Positions 7,654-9,909 of a stretch of 9,909 bases of DNA are shown piece by piece. The DNA is taken from assembly GCA_002794465.1 (NCBI GenBank), contig MTSL01000142.1:1-9909 (forward strand), in the 5' to 3' direction. The translations under genes and the position numbers were made by a program. How positions within the stretch are numbered: the stretch's first letter is position 1; the number at the start of each line of letters is the position of its first letter. The stretch comes from Paramicrosporidium saccamoebae KSL3. Lineage: Eukaryota > Fungi > Cryptomycota. Under the pieces are notes generated by a model, which saw only the letters and a list, made by a program, of their open reading frames with translations, was not told where the DNA came from and did no database searches.

Positions 7654-7709
7654 CAACAGCCCACGTCGTCTGACACGAAAATCGGCCGTTTCAATAGCCC
7701 ACGTCGTCT
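7654..7709. repeat. Direct repeat CAA(C/T)AGCCCACGTCGTCT, two copies, in the 100-bp USP/TatD divergent promoter
   Basis: 7654-7671 and 7692-7709, 17/18 identical, 38-bp period. Confidence 0.85.
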
Positions 7710-7719
7710 TGTCTTCTGT

Positions 7720-8751
7720 ATGAGAATATTTGGTATATCAATCAGACGCCGTAATCTTGATAGATATCGGAGCTAATCTTACGGGTACTCGCAAGCTGCT
7801 TATAACTGGCGGTAGACGGAATGTTCCAAGGACAGTACCATGGACGCACAGTGCATTCGCCCGACTTGAGAGCAGTCCTGCAGCGTGCCAACAAGACTGG
7901 AGTGAGCCGCATCATGGCTACCGCCGGTAGTCTCAGTGAAGTTGGAGAAGCCACCAAACTGGTGTCGGAATTGGCCGCAGAATTCCCAGGCATGCTAGCT
8001 ACTACCATTGGCGTGCATCCGACCCGTGTCAGTGAATTTGAACAATACGAACAAGGACCGGACGCCTATCTTCAGGAATTGCGAAATTTGGCTATTCGGC
8101 ATGCCGAACTGAACATTGTCGCCATTGGAGAGATGGGACTTGGTATGGCCAGTTGTTGTTGGTGAACTGTAGATTATGATCGGGTTCAGTTCTCATCCCC
8201 CGAATTGCAGAGACGGTACTTTGAGGCGCAATTTGTACTGGCGGAGGATACGGGGTTGCCACTGTTTCTGCATATGAGAGATGCTGCAAGCGACTTTATC
8301 GAGATTGTGAGGAGGAAGAGACACTGTTTCAAAGACGGCGTAGTCCACTCCTTTACAGGGACAATCGAAGAAGCTCAACAAATACTCTCTCTGGGTCTGT
8401 ACATTGGAATCAATGGATGGTACAACTATACAAGTGACTATATTCCCTAGCTCCCTAAAGACTGCCGAGAATCTTGCCGTTGTAAAGTCAATCCCGCTGG
8501 ATCGAGTTATGGTGGAGAGTGACGCGCCCTGGTGTGAAATTCGTCCCTCGCATGCGGGATTTTCTCATATCCAAACAAAATTCAAGGCGCTCAACAAGGA
8601 AAAACACGATCCAGAAATGCCTGTCAAATCTCGCAACGAGCCTTTTGCAGCACGACAGGTCTTGGAGGTGCTTTCTTCCCTACACCAGCAGCCACTAGAG
8701 TCCATTGCCGAGCTCATCCATACCAACAGTACACGAGTATTCGGATCATGA
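7720..8751 (+). CDS. TATDN1: TatD-family deoxyribonuclease, TATDN1-like (302 aa; exons 7720-7732, 7764-7784, 7816-8142, 8173-8419, 8451-8751)
   Basis: Splicing four GT-AG introns gives 909 nt in frame and restores MRIFDIGANLTDGMF, IGVHPT, AIGEMGLDYDR, LPLFLHMR, GVVHSFTG, YIGINGCSLKT, VESDAPWC and SRNEP. Confidence 0.93.
7733..7763 (+). other. 31-nt intron 1 of TatD (phase 1)
   Basis: GTATAT...GATAG; the join restores F-D-I-G. Confidence 0.85.
7785..7815 (+). other. 31-nt intron 2 of TatD (phase 1)
   Basis: GTACTC...GGTAG; the join restores N-L-T-D. Confidence 0.85.
8143..8172 (+). other. 30-nt intron 3 of TatD (phase 1)
   Basis: GTATGG...TGTAG; contains an in-frame TGA (8163-8165); the join restores GEMGLDYDR. 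Confidence 0.9.
8420..8450 (+). other. 31-nt intron 4 of TatD (phase 2)
   Basis: GTACAA...GTGACTA...CCTAG; the join restores NGCSLKT. Confidence 0.9.
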
Positions 8752-8895
8752 GATCTGGTCAGAGCGTAAAGTGGCGAATAGTTGGGAATGTAACCTTTAG
8801 ATGTTTGAGGATGTACTGTTTTGGCTGACCAATCAAAAAGAGTAGAGTTTGTACCTAACCTTCAATGCATCTTAACACGTCATTATTTGTGAAAT

Positions 8896-8903
8896 TATAA
8901 AAG
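8896..8903 (+). promoter_or_regulatory. Consensus TATA box TATAAAAG
   Basis: Exact TATAWAAR match; the target transcript is unknown. Confidence 0.3.
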
Positions 8904-9224
8904 CGCTCACAAAGATGTTTTATCATCCCTGATCTTTTGTATACCTGCAATGTAATGAAATTACTAGCTGAGTATTTGTTATGCGAGCAAATGTGGAAAG
9001 AAAAGTCAGAGACGAAAAACGAAATGATTGACGCTCCACCTATGCTTTATCATCTTTCCCACTATACCACAATGCACCCAAATCTGAACTCTTACTTCCT
9101 CACTGCTCCGCAATGCTTCCAACTCTTAAATCTCACCTCCCACCTCCATACGAACCAAGGACACCAATAAAGCCATTACTAACTTTACAATTATATTCCT
9201 CTTTTCTGGAGAACACCAAACAGG

Positions 9225-9909
9225 ATGGGTACTGAAAAGCGCCCAACACGGCGTAATAGTCAAGGCGCTTCCACTTTACCGGACCTCGAGCGCGAGAACA
9301 GAGATCAATTACGCGAGGTCTCTGTCTCGCCGGTACGCTCAGCCTCTCCCTCGCCAGGTCGCCACTCCAAACGTCCAAAAGGTTCCTCCCCCATCTCCTG
9401 CCTCTAATTGACTGTGCAGATTCTGCGTTCAAGCAACAGCGGCTACCAGCATGGCAGCCTATTCTCACTCCATATAATGTCATTCCATCGCTGTTTGTCA
9501 TGGCGTTCGTTTTTATCCCGCTGGGAGTTGTTTTTTTGATATTTTCAGAGCAGGTGCAAGAATACATGTTTGACTATACCACCTGTCTGGCCGAAGCACC
9601 CATCGGAAAGTTTGTCTCTGCTCCCTCTGGATACGGCAATGTGCCCTTTGAGTGGCGCCGTTTAAGCAGCATTCCTACCTATGCGCCGCGCGTCTCTGAC
9701 GAGTTCAGTCCGGCCTACATGGATGCCGCCAATCTGTGTGAGGTGCGTTTCAAGGTGGAGAAGGAAATTTCTGGCCCAGTGTTCCAGTACTACCGCCTCA
9801 GTAATTATTATCAAAATCAGAGGCTCTATGTAAAGTCGGTGGATTGGCACCAGCTCAAAGGACAGGCAGTGGAACGGGCTGACCTGGAGGACTGTGCTCC
9901 GTTGGTGGG
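9225..9909 (+). CDS. CDC50: CDC50/LEM3 family P4-ATPase flippase beta subunit, truncated by the window end (exons 9225-9381 and 9420-end)
   Basis: Spliced product reads KRPKDSAFKQQRLPAWQPILTP, then a TM segment, DYTTC and VFQYYRLSNYYQNQRLYVKSVDWHQLKG. The frame is open to 9909. The start at 9225 could be preceded by an upstream exon. Confidence 0.93.
9382..9419 (+). other. 38-nt intron of CDC50 (phase 1)
   Basis: GTTCCT...CTAAT...TGCAG; contains an in-frame TAA; the join restores RPK-D-SAFKQQ. Confidence 0.88.

Noticed and set aside
7620-7694. N-terminal extension of the USP from the ORF-track start
   Set aside because: The start codon is TTG and the segment overlaps the promoter repeat; the first ATG is at 7619.
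9015-9075. tRNA-like start GCATTGTGGTATAGTGG on the minus strand (A-box-like)
   Set aside because: No downstream B-box/TPsiC arm, anticodon arm or acceptor-stem partner.
8759-9110. U3 snoRNA (C', B, C, D-like words in order on the minus strand)
   Set aside because: No box A/A' 5' domain upstream, no C'/D closing stem, and the spacing does not fit.
9133-9850. Antisense ORFs 9133-9567 and 9662-9850
   Set aside because: Shadows of the CDC50 coding sequence on the + strand.

Overview
Gene-dense eukaryotic DNA with six protein-coding genes. In order: FG-nucleoporin Nsp1/Nup62 (+, 55-2275, one 34-nt intron after a 4-nt first exon); citrate synthase of the peroxisomal/bacterial-like subfamily (-, 3814-2300); eukaryotic MscS-like mechanosensitive channel (+, about 3946-6255); USP30/Ubp16-like membrane-anchored deubiquitinase (-, 7619-6546); TatD/TATDN1 nuclease (+, 7720-8751, four 30-31-nt introns, fragmented in the ORF track); CDC50/LEM3 flippase subunit (+, 9225 to window end, one 38-nt intron, missed by the ORF track). 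Intergenic gaps are 24, 131, 290, 100 and 473 bp. Fungal-like proteins, tiny introns and tight packing suggest an early-branching fungal relative such as Rozellomycota; this is inference, not an identification. I found no rRNA, tRNA, CRISPR array or mobile element, and I cannot claim a new multi-gene system. The best leads are small and speculative: a possible spliced C-terminal isoform of the citrate synthase ending on a palindrome shared with the Nsp1 stop, an unexplained 473-bp gap with transcription-unit-like signals, and a duplicated 18-mer in a divergent promoter.
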